A DNA stretch of 64,000 nucleotides, from assembly GCA_031291875.1 (NCBI GenBank), contig JARLIE010000040.1, positions 132,088 to 196,087 on the forward strand, written 5' to 3'. Position 1 is the stretch's first letter, and every line of letters starts with the position of its first letter. The notes beneath the pieces are model-generated. The model worked only from the letters and a program-made list of their open reading frames with translations, was not told the DNA's origin and ran no database searches. The DNA comes from Minisyncoccota bacterium (GTDB lineage Bacteria; Patescibacteriota; Minisyncoccia; Phycocordibacterales; UBA2100). Below are positions 61,794 to 64,000 of this stretch, in pieces. The position numbers and the translations under genes are program-made.

Positions 61794-62599
61794 AGAAGAT
61801 CCTCTACATACTCGCGCTCAGTCACACAGGTTCTACTGTGCTAAGTCTTGAACTTGCTAAAAGCTTCGGCGGCCTCGCGATCGGCGAAAGTTATCATGTG
61901 TTTCGTCACAGCGCGAACAATGCTGAGGGGGTTTCGAATGTATGCTCGTGCGAAATGCCGCTTTCCGAATGTCCATTTTGGAGTGACGTTGCGTCGGCTC
62001 CAGTGAGTGATTCGGAACCTGCATGGCTTTCATCGTACGAAAAGATACTCGAACATCCACTCTCGAAAGCAGCACCGTTTCTCGTAGATTCCTCAAAGAA
62101 AACACAACTATTGCCAGTGTTACGAGAACTCAAAAAGCGGGGCGAGGCAGATCCATTTGTGATCTTTTTGGTCCGTGATGTTCGAGGGTGGGTGCTCTCG
62201 GACCGCGCAGCTTGGCAACGTAAAGACGGTGTAACTGGCGCACGCAATAAACGTTTTACGCTTGCGCGACATTTTTATTCCTGGATTCGCGGCAATTCAT
62301 ATTTTGAAAGGGAATTGCGATCCTCGGGATTGCCGTTTGTCACGGTCGGGTATGAACAATTCTGCTTCGATAGGGAAGGCGTTTTGCAAACGATCGCCTC
62401 CAGAGCCGGTCTCTCTCAAAACGAGATCCAAGGGATACATCATGTCGCGTACAGTAATCGTATGAAAATGGATGGCGCAAAGGTCATCTACGACTCCCGC
62501 TGGATGCGTTCTTGGAAGGTCAATGTACTCTTTTCGCTCATGCCGTGGATTTGGAAAAAAAATGCAATGTGGGTTTTTGGTGACGAGGCGCGTCCTTGA
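61790..62599 (+). CDS. sulfotransferase-family protein (putative)
   Basis: N-terminal ILALSHTGSTVLSLEL resembles the PAPS 5'-phosphosulfate-binding loop (PKSGTTW-like). Size and position in a glycan cluster are consistent. Confidence 0.5.
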   Translation: MKKILYILALSHTGSTVLSLELAKSFGGLAIGESYHVFRHSANNAEGVSNVCSCEMPLSECPFWSDVASAPVSDSEPAWLSSYEKILEHPLSKAAPFLVDSSKKTQLLPVLRELKKRGEADPFVIFLVRDVRGWVLSDRAAWQRKDGVTGARNKRFTLARHFYSWIRGNSYFERELRSSGLPFVTVGYEQFCFDREGVLQTIASRAGLSQNEIQGIHHVAYSNRMKMDGAKVIYDSRWMRSWKVNVLFSLMPWIWKKNAMWVFGDEARP

Positions 62600-62600
62600 T

Positions 62601-63329
62601 ATGACCGGTATTCGTATTCTTATGTATCACTCGATTTCCGATTCGTCGGAATTCTTTTCCGTGACGTCGAGCGAGTTTGAGTGGCAAATGCGGCTCTTGC
62701 GACAACGTAACGTAGAGAGTGTCTTTGCGTCTCAAATACCAACCGTCTTAAAAGAGGGCAGATCAAATATCGTATGTGTCACGTTTGATGACGGGTATGA
62801 AGATATGTACTCGCACGCTTTTCCGATCTTGCAACGTTACGCCATTAAGGCCACAGGGTTTGTGATTACAGATATTCTCGGGAAGAGTTATCACAATTCG
62901 AACGGAGCGGAGTTTCCAGTTCTGACCGAAAACCAGATCCAGGAGATGCTTGCTTCAGGACTTGTTGAGTTCATGCCACACACCCAATCACACCAAAATC
63001 TTGATGAAGTGTCACTTGAAGCCGCCATTGAAGAAATCGAAGGGTCTCGAAAAAAAATCGAGTCGTTAACTGGAAAAACAGCGGCTGTGTTCGCATATCC
63101 GCGGGGTAGATTCACGCATTCGATTGTGGAGCATCTAAGAAACAACTGGAGCGCTGCCGTTACTGTTGAGCGTGGCATAGCGACAGCGTCTGACGACTTG
63201 TTCCTTTTGCCACGTATCGCAATTGACGCGGTGACAACACGGCGTGCGTTTCGGGCGGCGCTCGACGGATCACTCGGCAAGTATCGATTGTTAAAATCAC
63301 TGAAGGCCCATACTGGGATCTCGCTCTAG
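62601..63329 (+). CDS. polysaccharide deacetylase (NodB/CE4 family)
   Basis: Start at MTGIRILMYHSIS. NodB motifs VTFDDGYEDMY, MPHTQSHQNL, FAYPRG. Confidence 0.75.
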   Translation: MTGIRILMYHSISDSSEFFSVTSSEFEWQMRLLRQRNVESVFASQIPTVLKEGRSNIVCVTFDDGYEDMYSHAFPILQRYAIKATGFVITDILGKSYHNSNGAEFPVLTENQIQEMLASGLVEFMPHTQSHQNLDEVSLEAAIEEIEGSRKKIESLTGKTAAVFAYPRGRFTHSIVEHLRNNWSAAVTVERGIATASDDLFLLPRIAIDAVTTRRAFRAALDGSLGKYRLLKSLKAHTGISL

Positions 63330-63331
63330 AT

Positions 63332-64000
63332 ATGGAAATTCTGTATATCGCCAATGTCAGAATGCCAACCAGCAAAGCTCACGGTCTTACGATTGTACGC
63401 TCGTGCGCAGCGTTCGCCCGTGCGGGGACACCCACCACTTTGGTCATGCCGCTGCTAAAAACCCATAAAGAGGGAACTGTGTTTGAAATGTACGGTATAG
63501 AGCCTTCATTCAAAATTCGATACCTTTTTGTTATCGATTTTTTGCGTTTCGGAGGTGGCCGCATTGCCTTTTGGCTTCGGCTTCTGAATTTCTATCTGAG
63601 TGTTTTTTTATATTTACTATTTCACCCTCGTCGCGGAACTATACTTTATACGCGCGAAGCACCACTTATTATACTTTCGTATTTCGGTTTTCGGGTCGTA
63701 TACGAATGTCACCACATATTTGATCGCAGCAACGGTTTCTTCTGGTTATGTCGCAAGGCGTTTGCGATTGTCACCATTTCACAAGCCCTCAAGGATAGTT
63801 TTCTAGAACAGGGATTGACTACGGATAGTATTCTGGTCGCCCCAAGCGGGGTTGACCTTAGTTTGTTTGGTCGTCAAATCGATAAAGAAGCAGCTCGACG
63901 GGAATTGGGGTTGCCGATGGAGCAGCATATTGCACTCTACACTGGTAATTTCACGACAATGGGTGAAGACAAAGGAATCAGGTCGATTATTGAGGCGCTT
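63332..64000 (+). CDS. glycosyltransferase family 4 (partial; continues beyond window end)
   Basis: ATG 63332; MEILYIANVRMPTSKAHGLTIVRSCAAFARAGT... is the GT4 N-terminal domain. No stop before 64000. Confidence 0.6.
   Translation, partial: MEILYIANVRMPTSKAHGLTIVRSCAAFARAGTPTTLVMPLLKTHKEGTVFEMYGIEPSFKIRYLFVIDFLRFGGGRIAFWLRLLNFYLSVFLYLLFHPRRGTILYTREAPLIILSYFGFRVVYECHHIFDRSNGFFWLCRKAFAIVTISQALKDSFLEQGLTTDSILVAPSGVDLSLFGRQIDKEAARRELGLPMEQHIALYTGNFTTMGEDKGIRSIIEAL

Overview
This 64-kb window is a high-GC bacterial chromosomal segment. Its rRNA genes are strongly divergent: the 16S carries CPR/Patescibacteria-like substitutions at universal primer sites and shows no CCUCC at its 3' end. The rRNA locus is split and ordered unusually, with 23S-5S at 19.1-22.3 kb and 16S-tRNA-Ile at 36.2-38.7 kb, both on the + strand with 14 kb of protein genes between them. 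Housekeeping content includes recA (partial), ftsK, rplJ-rplL, ftsW, folD, secD-secF, murA, murD-murC, rsmI, rdgB, and a class I ribonucleotide reductase in which the ATP-cone sits on the beta subunit rather than alpha. There are several very large secreted or membrane-anchored S/T-rich proteins: a PG-binding surface protein, a lipase-like protein with a duplicated novel domain, and an LTD-PKD protein. A cytoplasmic FtsK/TraD-type ATPase with a long Pro/Ala tail lies beside the LTD-PKD protein. Two envelope-glycan gene clusters are present (25.8-29.2 kb and 53.4-64 kb); the second has many GT4 glycosyltransferases, a fused double GT, a sulfotransferase-like protein, a deacetylase and a UDP-sugar dehydrogenase. 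The most unusual locus is an AT-rich ~1.4-kb island (22.46-23.86 kb) directly after the 5S rRNA and a duplicated 5S 3' fragment. It carries a translationally coupled three-gene operon: a Gp49/HigB-family toxin, an XRE-HTH antitoxin, and an unknown 160-aa protein, with a perfect palindromic operator upstream. Numerous near-consensus sigma70 promoters and rho-independent terminators can be read directly. Many antisense ORFs in the ORF track are GC-driven artefacts and were rejected.
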